DNA of 64,000 bases from Octopus bimaculoides (Eukaryota). Both the position numbers and the translations under genes were made by a program. The stretch lies in the NCBI RefSeq assembly GCF_001194135.2, contig NC_068989.1:49261430-49325429 (forward strand), in the 5' to 3' direction. Below the pieces are notes generated by a model. The model ran no database searches. It had not been told where the DNA came from and saw nothing but the letters and a program-made list of their open reading frames with translations. Positions within the stretch are counted from its first letter, which is position 1; every line of letters starts with the position of its first letter. Shown here one piece after another: positions 51,551 through 64,000 of this stretch.

Positions 51551-53328
51551 ACATCTCTAAAAAACTTTATAATTGGATCAAATCAAAAGAAATCCTTTTG
51601 ATTCGAGTGGTAGAACAGTAGATGAGTGGTAGAACATTGAATGTCCTTATAATCTCTTGTATTGCCTCTCAACATTCAAATTCTTAATCCCAGTATCTAT
51701 ACATTATCTTCCATTCATATGGTGGTTGTTCGATACAACTGACTTTTCTTCTTTAAAAATCTATGACCTTGTGCCAATAGGAAAAAAACTACATTTAAAG
51801 TGTAATTTCATAACATTTATTGATATTTACATTATACTGAATAATAGACATATGGCATTTATTTAATGAAAGAATGTACAAAATTTCCCACATTATAATG
51901 TTTAATATTTAAACTACATGGATATTACTTTCAAAATGTTGATATTAGATATGTTCAAAACCAGCAGATTTTATGCTTTGCATCTTTAATGTAACATCCC
52001 CAATGTATCAGGTGACAGAGTATCAAGTGCACATCACTCTCACAGAATTGTATACTAAGATGGCTATGCTGAACAAACAAGTAGCACAATTTTTCAATGT
52101 AATTTTTATCATATCTAACAATTTAATATATGAATGTTTGCATTATTCACAATAGGGGGATGAAAAAATACAAATATTATAGAAATTAACATAATTGTTA
52201 CCCTCACATAAATTATTATTTTGTTTTAAATGCTTCTTGAATTCTTTTGATGATACATTTTACCAGGTCACAATCCAAAGCATTCTGCACACTGTTTGCT
52301 CTTTTTATGCAAGGAAAACAGATAATTTAACACCAATATATATTACAAACTTGAGGGGAAATGAAATATAAAACCACTTTCAATAGAATCTGAACTGAGA
52401 AATACAAAGAATTAAACTGTACTTATTTGTTAAGAAGACTGACAGAGGAGTGGCAATAGAAAAAGTAGTGATGGTGAAAGACTGTTTAAATAGCTTGCAA
52501 TGGTAAACGGACAGCACACAAAAATATTTACCCAAGAATCATGAAACTGGATAAATTGTGTGGTTGAGAAATAATCCACTTCTGAACTGCATAGTTTCAA
52601 ATTCATGCCAATTCCGCAACACCTTACTGTGGCTCAGAACCAACTAAAGATCTGTGATGAATTCAATAGACAGAAACTGAAAAAAGATGTGTGTGCGTGT
52701 GTGTGTGTGTGCAAGGGCATATATTTGTGTGCAGGCATGCTATTTACATCTGAAATTACCTGCATGAAAGTTCAATGAAAGGTTGTTTATTTATCCTTTC
52801 AACAAATTGTTCAGGAACTTTCTATCTTCGAAGGTGTATAAAGTAAGCAATCCCTAACTTGAAAAAACTGGGCGGGGGAGGGGGGAGGAGGTTGTGTCAG
52901 GAAGGGTATCTGACTGTAAAACAATGCTCCCAACAACATATTCATCTAACCTAGGCAAGCACAGGAAAATGAACATAAAACAAAATCTGTAGACTTTATT
53001 TATCAATGAAATCTCAAAATATTGGACTTCAAATTTTTATCACCCATAAAATGACTATTATTATCATTAGGGTTGTGAATAGTAGAAACAAGTGAGCACT
53101 GGAGAAGATACTAAGCAAGCCTTTAACATTTTAATTTTTAATTCCACCTGGATAGACTTGATCATTGATCTTTTCAAAGGCAAAACATATGCTGCTCAAA
53201 TATCTGAAACTGATTTAATTTAATAGCTGTTCTCCTCCACCCAAATTTCCTTCAAAATTTATGGCTCTGTGCCAATATTTTGAATTATTATGATGATTAT
53301 TATTATTATTTTTATTATTATTATTAAG

Positions 53329-53538
53329 TTCGTGAGCTGGTGGAATCATTAGTACATCAGGCAAAATGCTGAGTGGTATTTTGTCCGTTTTCACATTCGG
53401 AGTTCAAATACCACCGAGGTTGACTTAACCTTTCATCCTTTTAGGGTCAATAAATTAAGTACTAGTGAAAGACTGGGGTTGATGTAATCAACAAGTCCCC
53501 ACCTCCAAATTTCAGGCCTTGTGTCTTTAGTAGAACGG

Positions 53539-53571
<33 letters not shown>

Positions 53572-54182
53572 GAGGTGAGCTGGCAGAATGGTTCACACCA
53601 GACAAAATGCTTAGCAGAATTACAACCATTTTTATGTCCTGAGTTCAAATTCTGCCCAGGTCAACTTTGCCTTTCTTTCTTTCAGTGTTGATAAAATAAA
53701 GTATCAATTGAGCACTGGGATTGCTGTAATTAACTAGACCCGGCCCCCAAATTTCAGTCCTTGTGCCTATATTAGAAAAGATTATTTAGCATATCAGACA
53801 AGATGCTTAGCAGTATTTCATCTGTCTAAGTTGTGAATTCAAATTCTGCCAAGGTCACATTTGCCTTTCATCTTTTTGGAGTCGAAGTAAGTATCAGTTA
53901 AGCAATGGGGGTTGATGTAGTTGACTAATCACCTCCCCCAAAATTTCAGTAGAAAGGATTATCATCATCATTATTATTATATGAAGGTGGCGAGGTGGCA
54001 GAATCATTAGCACACTGTGCGAAATGCTTAGCGGTATTTCGTCTGCCGTTACATTCTGAGTTCAACTTTGCCTTTCCTCCTTTGGGGGTCTATAAAATTA
54101 GTACCAGTTATGCACTGGAGTCGATGTAATTGACTTAATCCTTTCCCCCAAAATTTGAGGCCTTGTGCTTCCAGTAGAAAGG

Positions 54183-54183
<1 letters not shown>
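53329..54183 (+). mobile_element. Head-to-tail train of four family M SINEs
   Basis: Copies at about 53329-53539, 53572-53780, 53787-53958, 53983-54183, mostly separated by (ATT)n. Confidence 0.85.
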
Positions 54184-54235
<52 letters not shown>

Positions 54236-54406
54236 GGCGCAGGAGAGGCTGTGTGGTAAGTAGCTTGCTTACCAACCACATGGTCTCGGGTTCAGTCCCA
54301 CTGCGTGGCACCTTGGGCAAGTGTCTTCTACTATAGCCTCGGGCCGACCAAAGCCTTGTGAGTGGATTTGGTAGACGGAAACTGAAAGAAGCCTGTCGTA
54401 TATATG

Positions 54407-54447
<41 letters not shown>

Positions 54448-54663
54448 GTTTGTGTGTCTGTGTTTGTCCCCCCCCCACCCCAACATCGCTTGACAACCGA
54501 TGCTGGTGTGTTTAGGTTCCCTTAACTTAGCGGTTCAGCAAAAGAGACTGATAGAATAAGTACTAGGCTTACAAAGAATAAGTCCTGGGGTCGATTTGAT
54601 TCGACTAAAGGCGGTGCTCCAGCATGGCCGCAGTCAAATGACTGAAACAAGTAAAAGAGTAAA
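54236..54663 (+). mobile_element. Full-length, well-preserved tRNA-head SINE family A
   Basis: A-box-like GGCTGTGTGGT, B-box GGTTCAGTCC (54289-98), CORE-like GGCACCTTGGGCAAGTGTC, internal (TA)/(TG)n, tail GAAACAAGTAAAAGAGTAAA. Confidence 0.9.
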
Positions 54664-55102
54664 TATTAACTTTGCTTCTCATCTTTTAGAGTCAATAAAA
54701 TGAAGTGCCAATGATTGATACAACCAATTATTCCTTTTCTTTATATGTCATTATTATCATTATCACTATTATTGTTGTTGTAGTTGACCAATAGATGATG
54801 ATAATAAGGATAAAATACCAGGCACAATGGCATGCAATATCTAATTACATGCCTTTTCATCCTGAGTTGAAATCCTATTAGAGTTGACCTAACAGTTTAT
54901 TTGCAGAATTGATAAAGAAACAACCAGTAATATACTGGAACCACCTTAGTAAGAGTTCTCTGTTTTTTTAAATGTGTAATCTGGTTGGTACCAATATTAG
55001 GAATCATCTGTAGCTGTTTTTGTAATCAATCTTGTTTCGGTAAAATCACTAATAAAAAGGAAAAAATGCAGTTCCTCTCCTTCCACAAGTTCATATATAT
55101 GC

Positions 55103-55490
55103 ACAGGCATGGCTGTGTAGTAAGAAGCTAGCTTCCCAACCACATGGTTCTGGGTTCAGTCCCACTGCATGGCAACTTAGGCAAATGTCTTCTATTATGG
55201 CTTCAGACCAACCAAAGCCTTGAGTGGATTTAATAAACAGAAACTAAAAGAAGCCCATTGTGTATGTGTGTATGTGTTTGTTTGTCCAGCCACCACCATT
55301 TGACAACTAGTGTTGATAGGTTTATGTCTTTGTAACGCAGCAGTTCAGCAAACGTGACCAATAGAATAAGTATCAGGCTTTCAAAAAAAATAAGTACTGG
55401 GGTCAATTCATTCAACTAAAAATTCTTCAACGCAGTGCTCCAGCACTGCCACAGTCGAATGACTGAAATGAGTAAAAAATAAGAAATAAA
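55103..55490 (+). mobile_element. Full-length SINE family A
   Basis: Collinear with 54236-54663. Confidence 0.8.
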
Positions 55491-57957
55491 AGATATAATT
55501 TAATATGAGGAGAGAAAGCAGAGGAATTCCATGATTGGAAGAATACCTATCTACATAAATCTTGACAGAATGATAGTGATGTGACACTGATACATCTTTG
55601 GAGATAATTTTTTTTAATTTGTAAGTGAAATTTCAAAATAAAATCTTTGAAACAATCTGATTTAAAACATCATAGCAAACTAAGTAACCAAGAACTGATA
55701 AGAACAAACGTAATTTTATGTTATAGAATTAAAACTACAGATGAACAGACCTAACCAAAGCCACTTAAGCCTTTTTTAAAATTATTGCTACAGATTTTTT
55801 TTATAGAAATTAGAGCTAGGACTGAAAGTTATGAAATTTGATATATGAATAGTCTATGTAAACAATGTGATTGAAGATAGAGAAATAGGTAGTGGATGTA
55901 TATGCATATTTCAGGATTTCCTGCTTCTTCTCAAGTATCACATCCAACCCAGCCTAAATAACTGCAAAATGTAGCAGTGTAACATAAGTGAGCTGAAACA
56001 GTGCTGCAAAATGAAATCGTAATTTACCATCAAAATGCAATATCTTAGTGTTGTCTCTTTTCATGTAACAAAAATCAAGTGTTTTTTTTAATTTTTTTTT
56101 TTTAAAGGTTATTAGGTACATGCTTCGTTGTGTGGTTAAGACATTTGGATTGGAGGAAACTGGTTCTGGATCCATTCCTTTTATAAATGCTGTCAGTGAG
56201 TTTCTTCTAATATAACTGCAGGGTGACCAGTACTTTGGAAATGAAATCTCCATGATGTGTATTGTGTGCACATGAGTGTGTCTGCATGTGTGTGTGTGTG
56301 TGTGTTTCTTTGCATGCATGTGTGCATGTGAAAGAGTTAGAGTGTTCCTCTTGTCTTAACACATGTGCACTGATTGCAAACAGGTATCACTGGCCTACAA
56401 AACTGTTATTTGTTTGCAATTCACTTTGAAATCTAGTTTGGGCTGTTTGTTGCTATTGTTATTTGATAGACTAGGAGAAATATAGCCTTGCCTTGGAAAC
56501 AGATGAGGGTACGTGACAGGAAGAGCATGCAGCCATAGGAAAATCTGCTGAAGGTATATTCATCTAACACATGCAAGCATGAAAATATCAATGTTAAAAC
56601 AATGATAAGGAAGATGAAAATGATATATTAAAGTTCAGTTGATTCTTAAAGTATTAAAAGAGTAAAGACAATGCCATCCCACTGTACTGACAGTCTTTCT
56701 GATAAGAATTATAAGTATAGAAAAAAATATATATCTATACATTGCAACAAGTTGAAATGAAAACTAGGTTGTAGATTTAGTTTACTGGAAGTTTGCTTTG
56801 ACTGTACTCCAGCACAGAAAATGTGTGACGTTAAAAGCTGGCTCCATCACACAACAGTTCAATACTGAATAAAATATGTGTAAAGAGTAAAAAAAAATAA
56901 TAAATAAAATGGCTACACTACTTTTGATATAGATTAGTTAAAAAATAAAAAATATTTAATTTTCTTTTTAAAAATGGAAAAGGAAAAACAAGAAGCAAAC
57001 AAAGTCAATTTCAACCTTTTTGTTCCAGTACATACAACTAATTTCTGATGATACTCATATAAACATGTAGAAAATTACCAATACAGCAATGAAAAGAATA
57101 AATTCTTTGATTCAAAATGAATGAAGAAAGAGCAAAATTTAGAATAGAAAGAAAAGGAAGGAAAAATTGAAATGAGAGAAAGAAAGAGGAGGCCAAAGAG
57201 TGGTGAAGAAAATCATTAAAAAAAACCCCAAAAAATTCCATCACTACCAAACTGGTAAAGTTTTAAAAACAAAAATGAAAAGAAAAACAGAAAAACTTGT
57301 AAATAAATTGAGAGGAAATTAAAATCAGTGAATAAATGGAGATAGATGAAGAGACAATAAAGAAGAATATCGAGATAAAAAAAAAAAAATTTTTTTTTCT
57401 GAAAAAAAATGTCAAAGAGGCAAAAGAAAACAGAAAATTGCAAAAGAAACAACAGAAGTGTAATGAAAAGAGATAATGGGTTAGCAAAGTGAGAGATAAA
57501 TAGGGTTTTATAGTAGAAAATCAGAAGAAACAGCTAAGAGTGCGGAATTTAGAAAAAGAAACACATTGATTTTGAGAAGATAAAGAAATAACGGAGTAAA
57601 ATATAATACCAAAAAGAAAAAAAAAATACAAGGAAAACAAAACACAAAAGCACTGTAGTAGTAGTAGTAGTAGTAGTAGCAGCAGCAGCAGAAGTAGCAA
57701 TAATTATAATGCATGATGAGTTAATAGTAATTGTAATGGTAAAGTAAGAGTGACACTGAAGGAGTTAGTAGGTTGTTCTGTGAAGTTAGTGGTCATAAAA
57801 GAGGAAAGGATTAAAAAAAATGAAAAAAAAAAAACCCCACAGAAATAGCATAGAGAAAAGGGGTGAACAGGTTGTATGAAAGAGTGGTAAGAGAGATACT
57901 AGAGGGAAAAGGTGAAAGAGAGGAAGTGAATGGAAGAGAGATAATATCACTGAGACA

Positions 57958-57991
<34 letters not shown>

Positions 57992-58665
57992 ATGTGAATC
58001 TTTACTAGAGAAAGTAAGTGATTGAGAGTGGCCAACTGTAATAGAAATAGTGAAAGAAAAGTATAAGAGAAAGGGAGAGCGATGGTGAGAGGAACGTGTG
58101 TGAGAGGGTGAAGAAAGTGTGGTAGTGGGGGAGAGAGATAGTTACTGTAAGAGAGATAGATTAAGATGTAAGCAATAGAGAGATTATAGTGAGATGAAAT
58201 TGTAATAGTGAGAGACTAAACAAGAGCAAAAAGGAAAGATAGTGAAAGAGAGATTGTAATACAGAGAGAGAGAGAGAAAGACTGAGAGTTAAGAATAAAG
58301 GAGAGAGAGAGAGAGAAAGAGTGAGAGGTAAGTGTAAAGGAAAGCGAGAAATATATTGATTGTAAGAAAGTATGAGGAAGCAAGTGTAAGACAAGGTAGA
58401 AGTAATTGAGTGAGAGATAGAAAAAGAGAGTGAGTACCTAACAGGGAGAGAGAAAATGAGAGTAGGAAAGAGAGAGAATGATAGAGTCAGTGTTAAGCAA
58501 AAGAGTGACTGAATGTAAGAGATACAGAAAAAAAAAAACAAGAGATTGAATGAGAGAATGAAAAAGGAAAAATAAGTGTTTCAAAGAGAGGGGCAAAATA
58601 AGAATGTTAGAGAGGGTGATTAGAAAAAGAGATAGTGAAACAAATGCATAATTTACAGTTTGGGG

Positions 58666-58850
58666 CTGTAAGTATTTCGTCTGCCATTACGTTCTGAGTT
58701 CAAATTCCGCCGAAGTTGACTTTGCCTTTCATCCTTTCGGGGTCGATAAATTAAGTACCAGTTACGCACTGGGGTCGATGTAATCGATTTAATCCCTTTG
58801 TCTGTCCTTGTTTGTCCCTTCTATGTTTAGCCCCTTGTGGGCAATAAAGA
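58666..58850 (+). mobile_element. Family M SINE, low divergence, 5'-truncated
   Basis: GAGTTCAAATTCCGCCGAAGTTGACTTTGCCTTTCATCCTTTCGGGGTCGATAAATTAAGTACCAG. Confidence 0.85.
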
Positions 58851-59139
58851 AATTAGAATGAAAGCATGAGGGAGTGCAAGAGGGGATTGGTGAAAGTGGA
58901 GCTGAGAACAAGAGAAAGTAGAGTGGTGGTAGATGGAAATGAGTGAAAGAGGAGGGTGAACATAAGTGAGAAACAGAAGGGATGTAAATGTAAGATGGAA
59001 GCATATAATTGGGGGGAAAAATGGCTATTTAAAGGGTTGAAGAAGGGTTGAAAGTGTTTCCAAATAATACTTCAATAGAATCTGAGGTCTTTAGAGTAAT
59101 GTTACTTGATAGAGTGAATTGGTCAGAGAACAGAAAGAC

Positions 59140-59436
59140 GTTCCAGTTAGAGCCACAACTTCTCCAAATCGAGAGATCTTAGCTTCAATACTACAGACAT
59201 GGAGTAAGAATGTCTTGGAAAAGAATCAATGGACAGATTTTATGGGCAAAAACCTAAATGGCAAGAGATCCAGTAGCAGACCACAAGCAAGATGGATAGA
59301 TAACTTCCACGAGCTCAGTTGGTTTTGCTTGGGAATTTTGCTGGATCAACTGGAGACAGCTGCTTCTCACAGGACCCAATGGAAGGTATGCATGAGGACT
59401 CTGCCCCCTGGGATCCTCTCAAGAATAAGTAAGTAA
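59140..59436 (+). mobile_element. RTE-clade (Rex3/Expander-like) LINE 3' end
   Basis: GKRSSSRPQARWIDNFHELSWFCLGILLDQLETAASHRTQWKVCMRTLPP matches the RTE C-terminal pattern GRPRxRW...W..LGI...W..L..LPP; (AAGT)n tail. Confidence 0.7.
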
Positions 59437-59665
59437 AGCAGATGGGATGAGATGTTTATTTCCCAAATAGCAACAGGCACAGACATTACTGTGTGGTTAA
59501 GACTTCATATTAACTACATTGTTCCCGGTTCAATCCCACCATTTGGAGTGAGTGATTTCTCTCATACATTCAGGTCAAGCAATGTTGAGTGAATAAAATT
59601 TGTAAAAACAACAAAAGCCCTTCTTATATGAGGGCATAACTTCTATATATCAATTTTCAACAGAT

Positions 59666-60058
59666 GTAGCTGTGTGTTAAGAAGTTTGCTTCCCAACCAC
59701 ATGGTCCTGGGTTCAGTCACAGCATAGCACCTTGAGCACGTGATTCTACAATAAACCTCAAGCTGACCAAAGCCTTATGAGTGGATTTGGTAGACGGAAA
59801 CTGAGAGAAGCCCATTGTATGTATGAGTGTGTATGTGGGGGTGTCTTTGTGTCTGTGTTTGTCCCTCATCACTGCTTGGCAACAAGTGATGGTGTGTTTA
59901 CATCCCCATAAGTTAGTAGTTAGGCAAAAGAGATAGATAAAATAAGTAGCAGGCTTTAAAAAAAAAATGTACTAGGGTCAATTCACTCAACAAAAATTCT
60001 TCACTGTGGTACCCCAGCATGGCTGTAGTTTAATGACTAAAACACATAGAAGATGAAA
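59666..60058 (+). mobile_element. Full-length SINE family A
   Basis: Collinear with 54236-54663. Confidence 0.8.
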
Positions 60059-60598
60059 GATGTATCCTGCCTTTTGCGTGTATTCGGATGATAAGCATTA
60101 AGCATCATTTTCTTGAAATGTGCACTTTGTTGTTTACATATATTGATTTTTGCATCAAGATATCTTGAGTTTGTGTCTTCAAAAGTTTTCCAATTACTAG
60201 TATATAACATCTAGAATTTCTTTCCAGTGGTGCATTCAAGTCATATGTGATGACAAATGATTTTTTTTTTACATATATATATATATTAATAATAATCTTA
60301 CATACAAATAATTGCCATGAGACACAATTAACCTTTTTCATATTAACATGCCTGAGACCATTCCTGGTTCTGTGATATAAAACAGGTCATTTTCAAGTCT
60401 ATGTAGATAATTTCCTCAAGGAGCTTTAAGTACCAGCTTAATAATAATAATGAGCTTATTATATACTGTGCTAAAGCACATTACCTATCATCAGCAAAGG
60501 GGTAAGAGAGCAGCAAGGGTCAAAGAAATAAAGACAGTTTTGAAAGCCTAAAGTGCACCCACAGTATATACAATAAAACGTAGAAAAGAGAACATTAA

Positions 60599-60796
60599 CC
60601 CTTTTGATACCAACCCGCCTGAAACCGCCTCTGACTCTATAGTACAAATGTCTTGTTTTCTGAAGCTCTGAATTAAAATCTTTCACCAAACCTTAGTCAC
60701 ACTTTATGTTCCTAACACTAGCTTAATGATAACTAAGTTATTTTACTAAATTCTTTGTTATATTTAAAACTCAGCAGAAATATGGTAACAAAAGGG
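60599..60796. mobile_element. TTAA-type (piggyBac-like) MITE family 2
   Basis: TTAA (60595-98)-CCCTTTTG...CAAAAGGG-TTAA (60797-800). Confidence 0.78.
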
Positions 60797-61843
60797 TTAA
60801 AAGAACAATAAAGAGAAAAGGGTGCATAGGCGTTTAAGGAATAGTGCTAGTGAATTTCAAAATGCATGGAATTTTTGAAGGATGCATTGTCTTGTCAGCT
60901 AACAACCAGCCTGAGTAGTTTCATTTATTCCATACTTTGATAGTTCTGAGCATTAAAAAAACAGTTTCCAAAAGTTATGGGTGCTGTGTTGGACTGTTTT
61001 TTAGATTTTATAAATAATTTAGTTATTTTACTGAATCCTTCATGGATAGGGAATTTCATAAACATGGCTGCAAGAGAATTAAGGCAGTAAAAATTGACTA
61101 ATGCTCAAATTTATGTTTGCCTAGTAAACATCATAAAATCTTTAGCTACTGTTTATCCTTGACATCACTCTGGACACAAGCGATTTGCACCAGAATTTTA
61201 ATGCATGAATAGATTATTTCAGGAGTTATTCCACCTGAAGGCAACACTGATGATATGTGTATGAGATGGTCATTCGTATTGATCTGTATAGTTAATGAAT
61301 TTGTATGACATATCTCCAGAAACTTTGAAGGCTCAACTCTTTATTTACTTTTAATCAGATTAGATCCATTGTCTTTTACATGTACTTGGATGTTAAGTAT
61401 TATGCTACAACAACATTTTCTTTAAAAAGTTGTGCACACGTGAGTTATTCCTGTCCTAAAAAGTATCCCAATTGTTGTGTGTGTGTATGTGTATGTGAGT
61501 GTGTGTGTGCGTGCGTATGTGTGAGTGAGTGTGTGTATGTGCATTGTATCATATTATATCACAGTGACGGTTTACTCAAGTTTCATCTAACAGCCAATTA
61601 CAACTATCAGTTCCATTAACAAAACTCAAGTAAACAGTCACTTTTTGATATAGGAAACATATCCTTCTGCTATACTCTGATTATTGAGTTCTTCATCAGA
61701 TAATGTTTGCACTGAGTGTGTGTGTCTAAATAAATAAATATATATATATATANNNNNNNNNNNNNNNNNNNNNNNNNNNNNNNNNNNNNNNNNNNNNNNN
61801 NNNNNNNNNNNNNNNNNNNNNNNNNNNNGAGAGAGAGAGAGAG

Positions 61844-62180
61844 GAGACCTCCTTCGGTCATGAATGACCATGGGATTGCACCTAGAAAGTTGCCCTCCGA
61901 GGCACAAGTTCGGTCAAGGTTGTTTGTGGAAGGCCAGCAGTCACCCATGCATACCAGTCTCCCCTCTCCACACCACTGATGTTATCCAAGGGAAAGGCAA
62001 AGGCCGATACAGCTTGGCACCAGTGATGTCGCAACTCATTTCTACAGCTGAGTTAACTGGAGCAACGTGAAAATAAAGTGTCTTGTTCAAGAACACAACA
62101 TGCAGCCCAGTCCGGGAATCGAACTCACAACCTTACGATCGTAAGCTCAATGCTCTAACCACTGAACCATGCACCTTCAC
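61844..62180 (-). mobile_element. Full-length tRNA-head SINE family V
   Basis: Minus strand: TGGTTCAGTGGTTAGAGC A-box, GAGTTCGATTCCC B-box, then GTTGTGTTCTTGAACAAGACAC body. Confidence 0.85.
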
Positions 62181-63095
62181 ACACACACACACATATATAT
62201 ATATATAAAGTAACAAACTGAGGAAAAGAAATCCTTCAAAGGGGTGTGTTAAACATCCAATTCACTGGTACTTCAGTTGGATGCCATATAAATATTGGAA
62301 TAATTCAATAGTAAAGATAAATTAAATATACAGATATTCTATTGACATTCAATAATTTATTTATATTACAATATTACATTAAATACTATGAATATAATAT
62401 ATAACATAACATAATATTATATAAATAATTATAAAAACCGTAAAAGGCCAACAAATTGTTTCGACTTATATATATTTTTTCTGAAATACATCATCACAGT
62501 TCCATTATACATAAGTCACTTTAGGGTCCATTGGTTCAGAAAGACGAAATTCCATCTGGAAGGACGGCTGGATTGTAAAAATTAATTCCAAATGTCTGTG
62601 TTATGAGTGTGAGCAAACAACAAAAGCATTTTAACGGATGATACAATCCAGTAAATGCAATCCACAACCATCGAAATTCACTTCATTATATCTCAAAAAC
62701 ATACCAATTAAAACCCTTTGATGTCCAAGATAGTTTCTTGTCATCACAACATACAATAATAACATATATGTGTATATAAATGTATATAATTAAATATCTA
62801 AGTCTTCTATGAGTAACTACAACAAAAAAATATATAAACAATTACATCTTCAATACAACTACTCTTTTATCTATTTAGATTGGTCGGTATAAAAAAATTT
62901 ATTGTTTAAATTAACTCATAATAAGCTTCTGTATTTATTATTTTCTCAGAGGGATAATTCCATTGTAGATATGAATAGAAACTTAATGAAAATTTCTCTC
63001 TTTATTTATTTAATCTATCGCAGGGAGAATTCTGTAATCATTGCTGAAACGGAGTGTAAATGTGATAACCAAAATACCCCTTCAATACATATATA

Positions 63096-63421
63096 TCATC
63101 ATCATCATCATCATCATTAAATATCCGTTTTCCATGCTTGCATGGGTTGGATGGTTCGACTGGGGTCTGGGAAGCCAGGAGGCTGCATCAGGCCCCAATC
63201 TGATCTGGCAGTGATTCTGCAGCTGAATGCCCTTCCTAACGCCAACCACTCCGGGAGTGTAGTGGGTGCTTTATACATGCCACCGGCACAGGGACCAGAG
63301 GATCTGGCATTGACCACGATTGGATGGTGCTTTTTATGTGCCATCAGCACAGAAGCCAGTCAAAGCGGCACTGGCATTGGCCACGTTCGGATGGGGCTTT
63401 TTACATGCTACTGGCACAGGG
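63096..63421 (-). mobile_element. SINE family N
   Basis: Reverse complement of the 221-528 type with (CAT)n on the left. Confidence 0.85.
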
Positions 63422-63557
63422 GTCACAACTACAATTTCCATTTGATTTCATTTTGATATTGATGCTGAGGTACTTGACTCAATGGGTCTCCTCAAGTACA
63501 GCATGTTGCCCTATGATCCAAGGTACTTTTGAGCGGGATGGTTATGTGAAACTAGTG

Positions 63558-63990
63558 TTACAGCTGTGAACTCACTTTATTTGCAATAATTACAGTTTGA
63601 ATTCTATGAGGTATGAACTCGTACAAAGTTTGAATTGTTTTCAAAGGAATTTTTGTGTATTCTTCACCTAAAACAGTCCCCAGTTCTTGTAGCAATGACG
63701 GTGGAGGATATCGACTCCTTACTGGTTTTTCTAAAATGCACCATAAATGTTCAATAATACTGAGGTCTGGAGACTGTGGTGGCCAGATAAAATGTTGAAC
63801 TTCACTAGAAAGTTCCTTGTGCCATTCAGCAACAACTTTGGAAGTGTGAATTGATGCATTATCAACCCGAAAGATTGCGTTTCCCTCTGGAAACAGTTCT
63901 GCAACCATAGGAGGAATTTGATCAGATAAAATGCTTAAATAGCTGTGTTAACCGCACGTGGAGAAATAATAGGAAAATGTAAAAAAGCCA
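63558..63990 (-). mobile_element. Tc1-family transposase C-terminal fragment with D(36)E spacing
   Basis: YLSILSDQIPPMVAELFPEGNAIFRVDNASIH...WPPQSPDLSIIEHLW; 36 residues between catalytic D and E. Confidence 0.85.
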
Positions 63991-64000
63991 GAATGCTGAA

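Noticed and set aside
60860-61110. Possible very old mariner C-terminus (FHLFHTL), and a possible maT-like remnant at 46480-46760 (minus)
   Set aside because: Too degraded to define boundaries or motifs by eye.
61655-61700. CTGATGA followed by an ACTC/GAGT stem on the minus strand
   Set aside because: No GAAA or stem III follows; at best a decayed remnant.
62095-62180. tRNA-like sequences (also 21699, 54236 and others)
   Set aside because: A/B boxes run straight into SINE bodies with no acceptor stem closure; they are SINE heads, not tRNA genes.
62540-62577. Possible minus-strand exon MEFRLSEPMDPK after a pyrimidine-rich acceptor
   Set aside because: Weak donor, very short, and no partner exons or homology recognised.

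Overview
AT-rich, microsatellite-dense eukaryotic genomic DNA with eight assembly gaps. The repeat content most resembles an octopus (coleoid cephalopod) genome; this is inference from the SINE, Dong/R4 and Penelope repeats, not a database result. No host protein-coding gene, rRNA, true tRNA or CRISPR array can be recognised, and most supplied ORFs are microsatellite or gap artefacts. The window contains four tRNA-head or simple-repeat-tailed SINE families, 3' fragments of three Dong/R4-clade LINE subfamilies stacked in (TAA)n tracts, RTE-clade LINE 3' ends and a Penelope-like (probably Naiad-type) fragment. DNA transposons include a full-length dead mariner, a Tc1-like transposase with DD36E spacing, a hAT MITE with a perfect 8-bp TSD and TTAA-flanked MITEs. 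The least explained features are structural: a 300-bp near-perfect palindrome (12826-13125), a type I hammerhead-ribozyme-like core (13556-13650), and two adjacent long hairpins (29692-30168). The second hairpin is a tail-to-tail pair of minimal hammerhead-like cassettes.
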